A stretch of DNA of 64,000 nt from an uncultured Candidatus Saccharibacteria bacterium. Its GTDB lineage: Bacteria > Patescibacteriota > Saccharimonadia > Saccharimonadales > AWTP1-31. The stretch is from positions 23,818-87,817 of the forward strand of contig CAZXLT010000003.1 of assembly GCA_964641545.1 (NCBI GenBank). The letters are read 5' to 3'. The notes below the pieces were generated by a model. It worked only from the letters and a program-made list of their open reading frames with translations, searched no databases and was not told the origin of the DNA. This document shows, one piece after another, positions 28,367 to 38,543 of the stretch (the first letter of the stretch is position 1; each line of letters begins with the position of its first letter). The position numbers and the translations under genes were made by a program.

Positions 28367-28653
28367 AGGACGCGCTTTACCTTGATATAGTTTTCTTTAC
28401 GCTCGGGTACATTTTTTAGTAGATCTTCTTGCGAAATGCCATAGTCAATGACCTCGTCTTTTCGCGTAACATTCGTAAGACCCGTTACCTGGCTGGTTGG
28501 TTTGAGACTTTCCACATCGACAGCCTGGAGTTGTTGAACATAATCGAGAATACTCGAAAGTTCTGTAGCAAACTCGTCAAGTTCAGTTTCGGTGAGTTCC
28601 AATTTGCTCAGTCGAGCCAATTTCAAGACTTCGTCACGTGTTAGTTTGGTCAT
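28363..28653 (-). CDS. gatC: Asp/Glu-tRNA amidotransferase subunit C
   Basis: 96 aa, LARLSKLELTETELDEF..., with a 4 nt overlap with the gatA start. Confidence 0.9.
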   Translation of the reverse strand: MTKLTRDEVLKLARLSKLELTETELDEFATELSSILDYVQQLQAVDVESLKPTSQVTGLTNVTRKDEVIDYGISQEDLLKNVPERKENYIKVKRVL

Positions 28654-28662
28654 TTGCTATCA

Positions 28663-28668
28663 AGTATA
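28663..28668 (-). promoter_or_regulatory. -10 TATACT, 9 nt upstream of the gatC ATG (leaderless candidate)
   Basis: Minus strand reads TTTTATACTTGATAGCAAATG, immediately after the stop of the Cys-rich gene. Confidence 0.4.
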
Positions 28669-28673
28669 AAAGA

Positions 28674-29381
28674 TTAACTGGTTAAGATCCAGCGAATCAC
28701 CATGTCTCGAATTTTCATATATTCTGCTTCTTCAAATTGCATATTAGCAATCATAAACCGCCCGGTCGTTACATGAGAACAAAACATACAATCCTGCAGA
28801 TCTTTGGCATCACTAATAAAAAACGAGTTCGTAATACTATTCGACCATTGCACACTAAAGCTATTTGCACACTTTCCACTGTCTTCTAGGCGAATACAAA
28901 AGGTAGAGTTAGCTGACCTTTGGCTGGCTAGAACGTACTCACACCCGCCTTGCGCTAAACTGTCGCAGTACACTATATTTTTACATTGGTTAATGTCTTG
29001 AGATCTATAGACATTTTCTGAACTATATACATTGTCACTTTGAGCAACATTGATCGAATCTAGCTGCCGTTCGGTTGTCATGTAATTGATCTCATTCCAA
29101 GCAGCCATAATGTCGTCCATGCTGTTTATCGGTCGTTTTGCTTGCCGCCAATCCTCTTTTCCATTAATACCGCCCATGCTGTGCTCCATAGTGACAAACC
29201 TGGTGGGGTTAGTTGACTGAGCCCATGTTGGTTGATTGTCGAAGGCATCAAACACCTGTTGCGGCAACCGAACGTCAAACGCAAATTTCTGCAAAACTTG
29301 TTCGAGGTCATACGGATTTTGATAGCCAAAAACCTGTCCAATAATTTTGTCTACTATTTCTTTTGCTAGCTGGTCGTTCAT
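28674..29381 (-). CDS. Hypothetical protein with Cys/Ser/Asn-rich periodic C-terminal half
   Basis: 235 aa. The C-terminal half carries 8 Cys at roughly 20-25 aa periodicity (CKNIVYC, GGCEYV, STFC, SGKCANSF, DCMFC). AGAGG SD upstream. The start lies 11 nt after the ATPase stop. Confidence 0.6.
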   Translation of the reverse strand: MNDQLAKEIVDKIIGQVFGYQNPYDLEQVLQKFAFDVRLPQQVFDAFDNQPTWAQSTNPTRFVTMEHSMGGINGKEDWRQAKRPINSMDDIMAAWNEINYMTTERQLDSINVAQSDNVYSSENVYRSQDINQCKNIVYCDSLAQGGCEYVLASQRSANSTFCIRLEDSGKCANSFSVQWSNSITNSFFISDAKDLQDCMFCSHVTTGRFMIANMQFEEAEYMKIRDMVIRWILTS

Positions 29382-29392
29382 GACTACCTCTG

Positions 29393-31645
29393 TTACTTCT
29401 TGTTACGTTTTAACTTTGTTCTGCTTGATGATTGGCTTGCCAGTAAATCTTGTAGATTTAGTCCGCGCGGCGACTGTCCTTGAACTTGTCCTACGCCAGA
29501 AGGAGTTGTATTGGTCATTGCACTTTGTAGATCAAACGCAGGTGCCGGAGGATTGGTGACGGTCTGTGGCGACGTCATGCCCGATTCGGCTTCTATCTCC
29601 ATACTCACTTCCGAAGCAATAGGTACAGCGACTTGTTCCGGTGCAAGATGATGTGGCTGTGCTGCAGTGGCTTCTGTGATTTGTTGACCAACTTCTGGCG
29701 AGATAATGGGTGGCGGAACTTTATCTTCTGCATCAATACCGAGAGTAGGCATGCCGGCAACAACAGACGGCTTAGTTTGCTCAGCCGCGCTTTCAACAAA
29801 TTTGGACGGAAGCTGCTGTGGCTTATTGTATGCTTTCAGAGACTCAACTGCAACTTTGGATGTCGGCGAGGCGTCAAGGGTTCTTGCTTTAACACATGGC
29901 AGCATTGTCCCATCGCTGCTCAGGCGCAAAAAGCACTCTCGTGAGTTGAGTGCGGTCAACATTTGTACTCGAACGTCTGACTGTTTAAGTCCTTTGGCCT
30001 TTTCGGCTTCGAGTATTTCCTTCGGAATCTCTATGGTCAAGTTTCCTTCAATGGCTCGAGCGTCTTCTTCGGAAACACGAAATACATAATAATTATAAAC
30101 ATTTGTAAAAATTGCTTCTTGCAATGTTTTTTCAATTTGCCCAAAGTATTGTTGTGTCAAGAAGACAAAAAGATTGTATTTACGCGCTTCGGCCAAAATA
30201 CTAGCCAGTGCCGGGTTCTGAACCACTGAAACTTCGTCAACTATCAAAATTATCTTTTCGTTGAATGCCTTAGCCTGGGCTAGCAGGAATATTTGCTGGA
30301 TCAGCAACCCAGCAACCGTCTTTACAACCTTTTCTCCCATGCTCACTTTATTGAGTGAAAATACTGTCAGAAAATTATCGTTAATCAGTTTAGACAATGA
30401 TGCACTTTGCTCGCCAGATTTTGCCAAACTAGGCTGCATCTGCATTTCGTCAACTAAACTGATGATAGGAACGATCGATTCGTTATAATACTTGGTCCTT
30501 AGCTCATTAAAGTCAGCCCCAAAAAATTGGACTATGTTTGCCGGAACATAACTTTCAACGTGCTTGAGTAACTGGTTACGAAACTCAATGTCCGTTACAA
30601 AGCGCTTGAGGTTCTCCAGAGACATTGCTTGCCCGGTCATTAATACAAACAAACTAAAGCGCATGAGTCGTTCTAGTTTTGGATTGAACTGGTCAGAAAG
30701 CAATGATTTGAATAGTGTTCCAGTCAGTTCAGTCGCCGCAGAAACATCAGTCCCAGCGCCCCCAAACAATTCTGTGGACTGATCTTCACCTTTGAAATCC
30801 AGAATGGTTGTTTTAGGAATTCCAGCCAAGTCTTCTGCCAATGCTGCATGCGGATCCACGACGAGCACTCGATAGTTTTGCTGTAAGCCACCCGCTTTGC
30901 TAAGCCGGTCAATAAAGAGCGTAATTAATTTGGATTTACCGCTTCCGCTCGCGCCGATAATGAAGGAGTGTTTGTCAAAATCGTATGCAGTAATTGGCAG
31001 ATAGTAGTTTTTAGGCAGAAATGGGAAGGTATCGACCTCAAACACAGCATTGATATTGTCACTTTGCATAATATGTAGTGCTTTTTGAATATCCAAATAC
31101 TTGGGTTGTTTGCGCCGCATATATTTTGTGTTGGTTACAAAATCTACCTGTAACAGGTGCGCAGGTAACGCAAATAAGTTTTTGCGAGAAACAGAATACT
31201 GTCCAGCGGCATTCTTAAAGAACATACGAAGCCGCACATGTGCCTGTTGTACATTTATTGTTCGAATATCAAATTCAGCATGATCTAGTTCTTTGGCGCG
31301 CTTTACCTGGTACTTCTCTTTAAGATCAAGCATGTTGCCGCCCGCGACATACTGCACGAAACGTTCGGCAGAGTTGGCCTTCGGAATCTGTACAACTTCA
31401 GTAGCCACCGGTCTTAGCACCACGCCCTCCAGATTATTCGAAAGAAGACCAACGTCTTTATTTGTCCCTATAAAATAGCGAACTGTGCTTTTTTCTATTA
31501 GCACAATTAGCTTCCAGCTCTTCAAGAAACCGATGTACTGAGAAATTGCTAATACGATCTTCCGCCAGTCCTCTTGTGTTAACTGGTCTTTAAGAAGATA
31601 CATTTCGAACCAATGCTCATAGCCGAGATGGCGCTGGTTTTGCAT
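29393..31645 (-). CDS. FtsK/HerA/VirD4(T4CP)-superfamily P-loop ATPase with disordered C-terminal tail
   Basis: Walker [20 protein letters not shown], Walker B ILIVDEVS, and [21 protein letters not shown] see no TM helix. The last ~150 aa are Pro/Gln/Ser-rich. ATG 31643-31645 is preferred because ATG 31652-31654 lies inside a TATAAT box. Confidence 0.7.
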   Translation of the reverse strand: MQNQRHLGYEHWFEMYLLKDQLTQEDWRKIVLAISQYIGFLKSWKLIVLIEKSTVRYFIGTNKDVGLLSNNLEGVVLRPVATEVVQIPKANSAERFVQYVAGGNMLDLKEKYQVKRAKELDHAEFDIRTINVQQAHVRLRMFFKNAAGQYSVSRKNLFALPAHLLQVDFVTNTKYMRRKQPKYLDIQKALHIMQSDNINAVFEVDTFPFLPKNYYLPITAYDFDKHSFIIGASGSGKSKLITLFIDRLSKAGGLQQNYRVLVVDPHAALAEDLAGIPKTTILDFKGEDQSTELFGGAGTDVSAATELTGTLFKSLLSDQFNPKLERLMRFSLFVLMTGQAMSLENLKRFVTDIEFRNQLLKHVESYVPANIVQFFGADFNELRTKYYNESIVPIISLVDEMQMQPSLAKSGEQSASLSKLINDNFLTVFSLNKVSMGEKVVKTVAGLLIQQIFLLAQAKAFNEKIILIVDEVSVVQNPALASILAEARKYNLFVFLTQQYFGQIEKTLQEAIFTNVYNYYVFRVSEEDARAIEGNLTIEIPKEILEAEKAKGLKQSDVRVQMLTALNSRECFLRLSSDGTMLPCVKARTLDASPTSKVAVESLKAYNKPQQLPSKFVESAAEQTKPSVVAGMPTLGIDAEDKVPPPIISPEVGQQITEATAAQPHHLAPEQVAVPIASEVSMEIEAESGMTSPQTVTNPPAPAFDLQSAMTNTTPSGVGQVQGQSPRGLNLQDLLASQSSSRTKLKRNKK

Positions 31646-31652
31646 GATCTTC

Positions 31653-31658
31653 ATTATA
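31653..31658 (-). promoter_or_regulatory. Consensus -10 TATAAT, 7 nt upstream of ATG 31645 of the ATPase gene (leaderless candidate)
   Basis: Minus strand reads GCGCTATAATGAAGATCATGCAA. Confidence 0.45.
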
Positions 31659-31741
31659 GCGCGTAAGAGTTACAAGCAAAAGCTTTACATTTTACCCAGC
31701 CAGGCATACCATAAGAATAATTATCACACAAGGATCCACGA

Positions 31742-32713
31742 ATGTCAGTCGCAACAAGTTTGCCAGCACAATCGCCTGAAGCATGGAGAGCAATTGAAAT
31801 GCCTCCCGATCATTTTAATCCCTACGATGTTGAACTGCCTGGGATAGAAACGGTTAAGATCCATGGACGTGCCCGACTCGGCAGTATCTCAGTAGAATGG
31901 ATGTTTGAGTCCCGTGCTGAGAATCTTGAAAAACCGCCACTGATATTTCCTTTCTTTTCGGGATTTGGAGGCATACAATTTTCGTCAGAACCGTTCAGTA
32001 ATGCCATGGCACAACTTGATATGGGCACCCTTACAATCGAACCGATCCGCAAAGACGATCGTTCAGCTTGCGAGCGATTATTTGACCCACATGCTATACA
32101 GCTTGAGGCAATGGATATCGCGCTGGAAGGGCTTGCTGATGCAACAGGTATTCGACTGTCATCTGACGTCGATGGAACAAAAGCCGTTCCGCTTGGACAT
32201 TCAATGGGCGGCGAGCCTGTAATAGCCTTCGCAGAAGAACACCTTAAAGAAACATACTTGGCGATCATGCTAGCTACAATAGGGTACGGATCACCAGACG
32301 TCCGCTCAATCGCGAAAAATCTGACACGACCACGTAAAGTTGTTGCCGCTATCACTGAGGAGTTCGCACCCTTCTTACGAATACCTGAAGTACCAAAAAA
32401 CGTTCAATCACTTGGCAAAGCGGCTGGATATTTCATACTCAATCCCCTGCGTACGGTCGGCGAAATAGGCTCTTGCCTCACATCAGATCTTACGCAACGT
32501 AGCCAGACTCTCGACGAAAACGGTGTACCAGTTGTATATGGTCAGCCGGTGTATGACGTTCTTGTTCAAGGGCTTGAGGGTGCACGTAATGCGGTAACTG
32601 TTGTTAGTGAAATTGATAGAGCTGGGCATTTGTTTGTGCAGGCAAAGCCTAATCGTGCAGCATATTGGGTGCATAGCGCCATCAATACACCTGTTCTGGC
32701 TGACGTTGCTTAA
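31742..32713 (+). CDS. Alpha/beta hydrolase fold protein
   Basis: GHSMGG nucleophile elbow with later Asp and His candidates (YDVLV, AGHLF). AAGGA SD 8 nt upstream. The 3' end overlaps the uvrB 3' end by 4 nt. Confidence 0.7.
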   Translation: MSVATSLPAQSPEAWRAIEMPPDHFNPYDVELPGIETVKIHGRARLGSISVEWMFESRAENLEKPPLIFPFFSGFGGIQFSSEPFSNAMAQLDMGTLTIEPIRKDDRSACERLFDPHAIQLEAMDIALEGLADATGIRLSSDVDGTKAVPLGHSMGGEPVIAFAEEHLKETYLAIMLATIGYGSPDVRSIAKNLTRPRKVVAAITEEFAPFLRIPEVPKNVQSLGKAAGYFILNPLRTVGEIGSCLTSDLTQRSQTLDENGVPVVYGQPVYDVLVQGLEGARNAVTVVSEIDRAGHLFVQAKPNRAAYWVHSAINTPVLADVA

Positions 32714-34677
32714 AGTTTCTTTTTTATATCTTCAATAATGTCGCGCAGTTCTGCAGCTTTTTCGAATTCTAGGTTTGCTGCCGCCAAATCCATTTGGGCG
32801 GTCAAGTCGCTGATCAAGTGTCCGTATTCATCTTTTGGAATTTTCTTGAGGTCAAGCTTGGCTTTTTTTGCTTCTTCAGGAAGATCTTGGCGCAATCCCT
32901 TGTCAATTTGTGAATGGACGCCTTTTGGCGTAATGCCGTGTTTTGTATTATAAGCTTCTTGAATTTTACGACGTCTGTTTGTTTCATCTATAGTCCGTCG
33001 CATGCTTCCTGTTACGGCATCAGCATACATAATAACGCGCCCTTCCTGGTGCCGTGCTGCGCGCCCTACAGTTTGGATCAATGCTTGCTCACTTCTTAGA
33101 AATCCTTCTTTGTCGGCGTCAAGAATCGCTACTAGACTAACTTCTGGCAAATCGAGTCCTTCGCGTAACAGGTTGATGCCGACCACAACGTCGTAAATGC
33201 CCAAGCGCAAATCACGAAGGATATCAGTGCGATCGAGGGTATCTACATCGCTGTGTAAATAGGTAACCTTGATTTTTAGCTCTTGCAAATATTCAGTCAG
33301 GTCTTCGGCCATTCGTTTCGTAAGTGTCGTGATAAGCACGCGCTGTTGCTTGGCGACCGTATCCTTTATTTCAGCAATCAGGTCATCTACCTGTCCTTTG
33401 ACTGGACGAATTTCGATTGGGGGATCCAGCAGTCCTGTTGGACGAATAACCTGCTGGGCTGGGTTTGGACTATGTGACAACTCATACTCAGCGGGCGTTG
33501 CGCTGACGTAGATCACTTTATTGATGTGCTTTTCAAACTCCGTAAACGTCAGTGGACGATTATCAAGTGCACTCGGCAGGCGAAAGCCGTGCTCGACCAA
33601 AACTTCTTTGCGAGCACGATCGCCGTTGTACATGCCTCGAATTTGCGGCATAGTCATGTGACTTTCGTCAACAAACATCAGAAAGTCATCTGGGTAGTAA
33701 TCAAGCAGTGTGGCCGGTTGTTCACCTGCCTCACGGTTAGTCAGATATCGACTATAGTTTTCAATACCTTTCACAAATCCAGTTTCTTCCATCATTTCAA
33801 TATCAAAGTTTGTACGTTGTCCTAGACGTTGGGCTTCAAGCAGCTGACCATGTTTTTTAAAGTCAGCCAGGCGTTCGTCGAGTTCGCGTTTTATTTGTAC
33901 AATTGCAGACTTCAGTTTTTCATAAGGAGTTACGTAGTGCGAGCTAGGAAATACCTTGATGTACTCTCTCGTCTGCAGAACCTCGCCTGTCAATGGATCA
34001 ATCTGGGTTATACGATCAACTTCATCGCCAAATAATTCAATTCGATATGCAAATTCTTCACCCGCGGGAAAAATGTCTAAAACATCGCCCCGTACACGAA
34101 ATGTGCCCCTGTGAAAATCTACATCATTGCGTTGATATTGTATGTCAGTTAGCTGTCGCAGCAACTTATCGCGAACTCGGCGTTCGCCTGTTTTAACAGT
34201 AACGGCCAGACCGTCGTAGTCATCTACCGACCCAATACCATAAATACAGCTTACACTTGCTACTATAATCACATCACGACGACTGAGCAGCGCATCGGTT
34301 GCCGCATGTCTGAGGCGATCAATTTCTTCGTTGATCTGACTATCTTTCTCAATATACGTGTCGCTTCGGGCTATGTAGGCTTCTGGTTGATAGTAGTCGA
34401 AGTAGCTTACAAAATAATGCACAGCGTTTTTTGGAAAGAATTTCTTAAACTCGCTGTAGAGCTGTGCAGCCAGCGTTTTATTGTGACTTAGTATAAGTGT
34501 TGGTTTTTGAGCATTCTGAATGACATTTGCCATAGTAAAGGTCTTGCCAGAGCCAGTTACGCCAAGCAGTGTTTGCTCTTTTTCGTTTCGAGCAAGGCCT
34601 TCGCTTAACTGCTTAATTGCCGAAGGTTGATCACCGGTTGGCCTGTAATCGCTGATGAGCTCGAACTTTGCCATCAT
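32710..34677 (-). CDS. uvrB: Excinuclease ABC subunit B
   Basis: Walker [11 protein letters not shown], helicase motifs, and C-terminal UVR domain [18 protein letters not shown]. Tandem ATGs at 34675-34677 and 34672-34674. Confidence 0.95.
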   Translation of the reverse strand: MMAKFELISDYRPTGDQPSAIKQLSEGLARNEKEQTLLGVTGSGKTFTMANVIQNAQKPTLILSHNKTLAAQLYSEFKKFFPKNAVHYFVSYFDYYQPEAYIARSDTYIEKDSQINEEIDRLRHAATDALLSRRDVIIVASVSCIYGIGSVDDYDGLAVTVKTGERRVRDKLLRQLTDIQYQRNDVDFHRGTFRVRGDVLDIFPAGEEFAYRIELFGDEVDRITQIDPLTGEVLQTREYIKVFPSSHYVTPYEKLKSAIVQIKRELDERLADFKKHGQLLEAQRLGQRTNFDIEMMEETGFVKGIENYSRYLTNREAGEQPATLLDYYPDDFLMFVDESHMTMPQIRGMYNGDRARKEVLVEHGFRLPSALDNRPLTFTEFEKHINKVIYVSATPAEYELSHSPNPAQQVIRPTGLLDPPIEIRPVKGQVDDLIAEIKDTVAKQQRVLITTLTKRMAEDLTEYLQELKIKVTYLHSDVDTLDRTDILRDLRLGIYDVVVGINLLREGLDLPEVSLVAILDADKEGFLRSEQALIQTVGRAARHQEGRVIMYADAVTGSMRRTIDETNRRRKIQEAYNTKHGITPKGVHSQIDKGLRQDLPEEAKKAKLDLKKIPKDEYGHLISDLTAQMDLAAANLEFEKAAELRDIIEDIKKKL

Positions 34678-34680
34678 TAT

Positions 34681-34689
34681 ATTGTAGCA
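34681..34689 (-). promoter_or_regulatory. Extended -10 TGcTACAAT, 3 and 6 nt upstream of the tandem uvrB ATGs (leaderless candidate)
   Basis: Minus strand reads TATTGCTACAATATAATGATGGCA. Confidence 0.4.
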
Positions 34690-34701
34690 ATATAGTGGTA
34701 T

Positions 34702-35265
34702 TTATCGGTAAAGTTTACTGTGCAGGCGATGCTGTTTATCCAAATGTGCTACCAATTTTTCAATAAGACGCTCTGGGTTCTCGTCGAAGATAACATCCTC
34801 GCTTTTGGCCCTGCCGGCTGCATGTAATATGTCCATGATCTCTGAGCTAACTCCCCCGGCACCCTGTAAAAAAGCAATTGGTGTTTCAGTTTCCATAGCG
34901 ATAGTAAACTCATGCAGCGTGCCAAGTCGTCCTCCGATACTAATTACCGCATCGCTTGACTGGATCAACAGCGCATCCCGACCAACATAATGGAGACCGG
35001 TGTAGAGGATTGCGTCATAAGCTTGTGTAGGCAAACGATACTTTAGGACATGCTCTACTTTTGTAGCGGCTGGGCTTATACCCAAACTCATCAGCCCATG
35101 ACTTTTTTTATAGGCTTCGGCGGCTTCATTTGGCAAACCTATAGTCGCGCCAGTCATGAGCGACTGCTTGGCCTGTGCTAGAGCTCTACCAACCGAGCGA
35201 GCGAGGATTCTTCCCTCTTCTGCACTTTCTCCTCTCGAAGCCCCTGAAACACAAATCTGATACAC
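34702..35265 (-). CDS. LOG/TIGR00725-like Rossmann-fold nucleotide-binding protein
   Basis: ICVSGASRG... and GRDALLIQSSDAVISIGGRLGTLHEF (resembles the LOG PGGxGTxxE motif). The GTG start shares 1 nt with the upstream stop (TAGTG). Confidence 0.65.
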   Translation of the reverse strand: MYQICVSGASRGESAEEGRILARSVGRALAQAKQSLMTGATIGLPNEAAEAYKKSHGLMSLGISPAATKVEHVLKYRLPTQAYDAILYTGLHYVGRDALLIQSSDAVISIGGRLGTLHEFTIAMETETPIAFLQGAGGVSSEIMDILHAAGRAKSEDVIFDENPERLIEKLVAHLDKQHRLHSKLYR

Positions 35266-36506
35266 TACCTAACTCCTAATAGTACTGGTTCGACCAATTC
35301 ATCACTGAGTTGATCAAGCACCTTTTGCTCTAGTGCCTCTTGCGACATATAGCGAAGTAAAAGTTCGTTCCAGAGACTGTTTTGCGCATGATACGTAACG
35401 TGTTGACCATATTCAAGTCCATTACAATAGCTAATCGCGTTATCCAGCAAACTCATCGAGACGGGTCGTATGTTATCGTTTTTGTTTAACACAAAATCAA
35501 GACCGTCCCAAAATTTCAACGCAGGTTCAAGGCGATATATTAAATCTTCGGCTTTACGATACAATAAGTCCTCTTGTTGTACGTGAGGTTCAAAAACTTC
35601 GGGCTGGTGTCTTGACTTGCCGCCAAAATGACGACCAATCGTGCGCCAATGCAGTGGCTGCCCAGCTATGTACATGTCGCCAGTTTTGTCATGTAGCAGC
35701 GTGTCAACAATACTATCGCCAAAGTGCGGCTTTACCTGCTCAAGCTTAAAAAAGGCACTGTATAGCCTGATTTCAGCTAGATAATGCAAGATGAGCGGTA
35801 CCAGCGTCACAAAGAGACCTTTCATGCGATCTAGCGGGAGTGGTAATACTAAAATAATGCCATACTCCTTTAGGTGACACACGTTGTGGTGGTTTTGTAG
35901 CACGAAATCATCAACTAAACCTGACCATCTTGTTTGATCAAGATAGCGAATTTCGACGTCACGAACCTCAAAATCAGTTGGCTTAAGGTGTTTGTACTGT
36001 TTAATTAACCGGTGCTGCCAAGCTTGTGATTCAGCAAAACGAGTTGCGCACAGAAGCTCCCCAACATGCTCTCGTTTCAACAGCGAATCAACCGAACGAT
36101 ATCCCAGGTGTTTCATTATCTTTTTCGGTGGCATCTTTTTTAATAGTTTTTTTGCCACGCTTGACTTCAATACCCAGGCATGTCCAAATTGCGGCAGTCC
36201 TTGCAGTCCGCTTACAATTTTGGGTAAAACTTCAGAGACGCTGCGCGCATCTTGCGCTTTAAATATCTGGGCCAAGTATTTATCATGAAGCGCAACTAGT
36301 GCCTGAAGTGCGTGGTACAGCTCTCTACCGGTTGTGTCGTTTGGGTCAAGTCCGAGCTCCTTCAGCTTTGCTTGTGTCGTTGCTGAAAGTTCTGCAATGA
36401 GTCGCACATCAACGCCCGGCAGACCAGCCGCGGACTCTAACCGTTGAATGAGCGCCGATAGATCAGTGTCGGGTTGCCCTAATAGCTCTGCTAAAACTCG
36501 TGCCAT
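35265..36506 (-). CDS. Hypothetical 413 aa protein, no recognisable family
   Basis: Long uninterrupted ORF with an AAGGGG SD directly upstream. Its stop overlaps the start of the LOG-like gene. Confidence 0.6.
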   Translation of the reverse strand: MARVLAELLGQPDTDLSALIQRLESAAGLPGVDVRLIAELSATTQAKLKELGLDPNDTTGRELYHALQALVALHDKYLAQIFKAQDARSVSEVLPKIVSGLQGLPQFGHAWVLKSSVAKKLLKKMPPKKIMKHLGYRSVDSLLKREHVGELLCATRFAESQAWQHRLIKQYKHLKPTDFEVRDVEIRYLDQTRWSGLVDDFVLQNHHNVCHLKEYGIILVLPLPLDRMKGLFVTLVPLILHYLAEIRLYSAFFKLEQVKPHFGDSIVDTLLHDKTGDMYIAGQPLHWRTIGRHFGGKSRHQPEVFEPHVQQEDLLYRKAEDLIYRLEPALKFWDGLDFVLNKNDNIRPVSMSLLDNAISYCNGLEYGQHVTYHAQNSLWNELLLRYMSQEALEQKVLDQLSDELVEPVLLGVR

Positions 36507-36547
36507 ATTCCCCTTAAGGTTACCATGTTCAATGTCTAAAAAATAGA

Positions 36548-37558
36548 CTATTTAAGGGGCTGGGGGCGGTACCAAGCAGGGCTGCTTTCGAGCAGTTTTT
36601 CAAGTTGTTTTACCGACAATAGACCCATTTGCGCACCAACGTGCTGCACGACACTCATAGAGTTGATTGGCGCCCACTGCAAAGCTCCTGCGATATCGCT
36701 GCCCTTAATAATTGCAGCTACAAATGTACTCGTAAACGCATCCCCCGCCCCTGTCCGCTCGTATGGCGGTGAAGGATCTGGATAAATTGGCATCTTCAGC
36801 CTTTGTTTGCCGTCAGAAGCATAGGCACCGTCATGACCATCACTAATAACCACAATTTTTGGTCCTAGCGCATGTAATCGATCAAACAAGTCATTCAAAT
36901 TATCATAATCACCATCAGTAATCATGACCGCTTCTTCACGGTTAACAGCGACCAGCTCAGTCAACTTATACAACTTCTTTAGTCGTTTCGCGCCAGCTTG
37001 GATTTGAAATGTGCCCGGCTGAAACGCCAACTTAACATCTGAATGCCTATCAAGCCAATCGGCTAACTCATCTTGGAAATCCATAGCATTTTTGCTGATA
37101 GAACTAAAATAAATCCACTTTGGGATCTCGTGCGGACGCAGATGCGGCCAATGATATCTGTACTCTTCGTGTTTTATAAGGATAGTTCGTTCATCCTTAT
37201 ACCACAACACATAGTGATAGTTGCTGAGTTTATCAGGATTTACATGCATAAGCCTGGTATCGACTTTGTTTTTATGCAAGCTTGCCAACATGTCACGACC
37301 ATGCTGATCTCCGCCTACGTTCGCCATCAATGCGCTTTTTAGGCCGAGACGAGCAAAACTGACCGAAGCATTAGCGGCATTTCCAACCGCCTCAATAACT
37401 TCAGCATGATCAAACGGCACCTTAACACCAAAAGGCATAGCAAGTAATTTATTATCGCCTTCTTTTACTACTTTTGCTTGCTCGTCTTGAAGCTTGATGA
37501 ACGCATCGGTCACTATATCACCAACCGAAAGCACATCAATGTCTGATATATCCGTCAT
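36548..37558 (-). CDS. PfkB/ribokinase-family sugar(-phosphate) kinase
   Basis: N-terminal GDIVTD and C-terminal TGAGDAFTSTFVAAI (PfkB signature 2). ATG 37556-37558, preceded by AAGGGTGG, is preferred over GTG 37562-37564. Confidence 0.82.
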   Translation of the reverse strand: MTDISDIDVLSVGDIVTDAFIKLQDEQAKVVKEGDNKLLAMPFGVKVPFDHAEVIEAVGNAANASVSFARLGLKSALMANVGGDQHGRDMLASLHKNKVDTRLMHVNPDKLSNYHYVLWYKDERTILIKHEEYRYHWPHLRPHEIPKWIYFSSISKNAMDFQDELADWLDRHSDVKLAFQPGTFQIQAGAKRLKKLYKLTELVAVNREEAVMITDGDYDNLNDLFDRLHALGPKIVVISDGHDGAYASDGKQRLKMPIYPDPSPPYERTGAGDAFTSTFVAAIIKGSDIAGALQWAPINSMSVVQHVGAQMGLLSVKQLEKLLESSPAWYRPQPLK

Positions 37559-37617
37559 CGCCACCCTTACGTTAACCCTAAGTTGTTACGCTTATATTGT
37601 GACATACGCCATCTTGT

Positions 37618-38532
37618 TCAGGCAAGCTTTGCCTTATTACTAGAATTGAACACGTCCAGTTTACTCTCTACCACAGCTTGCACAGCATCAATAACCTCAT
37701 CCATTAACTTCACAACCGCGTACTCAGTTTTATTTTCTTTTAATACTTTTTCGAGCGTGTCGCGGTATGCAACGCGCATGTCAGAATTAATGTTAATTTT
37801 ACTCACACCAATCTGCACCGCGTCTTTAAAGTAGTGCCCCGGAGTACCACTACCCCCATGTAAACTAATGTTGCAGTCTACTGCGGCACGGATGTCTTTT
37901 AGTAGTTCAAGGTCGAGTCGCTTAGGTACTGGATACTGCCCGTGCAGATTACCAATCGCAGCAGCAAAGGTATCTATGCCGGTTGCGTCCACAAAGGCTT
38001 TTGCCGATTCTGGGGTGCTGAAGGTTTTTTTAATCTCGCTGTAATTAAAGGCTTTGGTAAACTTATTAGAACCGCCGCCGAAGTAGTGAGGTTCGCTTTC
38101 AACCAAGGCCCCTGTTAGGCGCGCATATTCCACCACTTCTTTTGTCTGAGCAATAATTTCTTCTTCAGAGGCGTCATGGTTTTGCTGGCTAATATCAATG
38201 TGGATAAACTCAAATCCCGCGTCGATCCCAGCTTTAGCGGCCTCTACAGAAGGTGAGTGATCAAGATTGATATACATCTCTATCTTGTACTCAGCACGAT
38301 AGTTATCAACCATGTCTCGTACATTCTCTAGCCCCAAAGCCTCAACCTCTCCGTGGCTTACTTCAACCATCAACGGAGCTTTCTTGGCAGCAGCAGCCCT
38401 TGCCACGGCAATAAGTGTTTCTTGGTTGTCTAGATTAAACGCACCAAGAGCAAAATGCTCCCGACGAGCCCGTTCCATGGCCCTACGTGCATTGCTGCAG
38501 TTTAATCTGATTTGTTCTAGGGATAAAGACAT
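37618..38532 (-). CDS. fba: Class II fructose-bisphosphate aldolase family protein
   Basis: GAFNLDN, NLDHS, LHGGSGTP and KININSD motifs. Confidence 0.88.
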   Translation of the reverse strand: MSLSLEQIRLNCSNARRAMERARREHFALGAFNLDNQETLIAVARAAAAKKAPLMVEVSHGEVEALGLENVRDMVDNYRAEYKIEMYINLDHSPSVEAAKAGIDAGFEFIHIDISQQNHDASEEEIIAQTKEVVEYARLTGALVESEPHYFGGGSNKFTKAFNYSEIKKTFSTPESAKAFVDATGIDTFAAAIGNLHGQYPVPKRLDLELLKDIRAAVDCNISLHGGSGTPGHYFKDAVQIGVSKININSDMRVAYRDTLEKVLKENKTEYAVVKLMDEVIDAVQAVVESKLDVFNSSNKAKLA

Positions 38533-38543
38533 CAGCTGTTAAT

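Noticed and set aside
34678-34701. SOS (LexA) box upstream of uvrB
   Set aside because: The 24 nt gap contains only the TGcTACAAT promoter element. No CGAAC-N4-GTTCG-type or CTGT-N8-ACAG-type palindrome is present.
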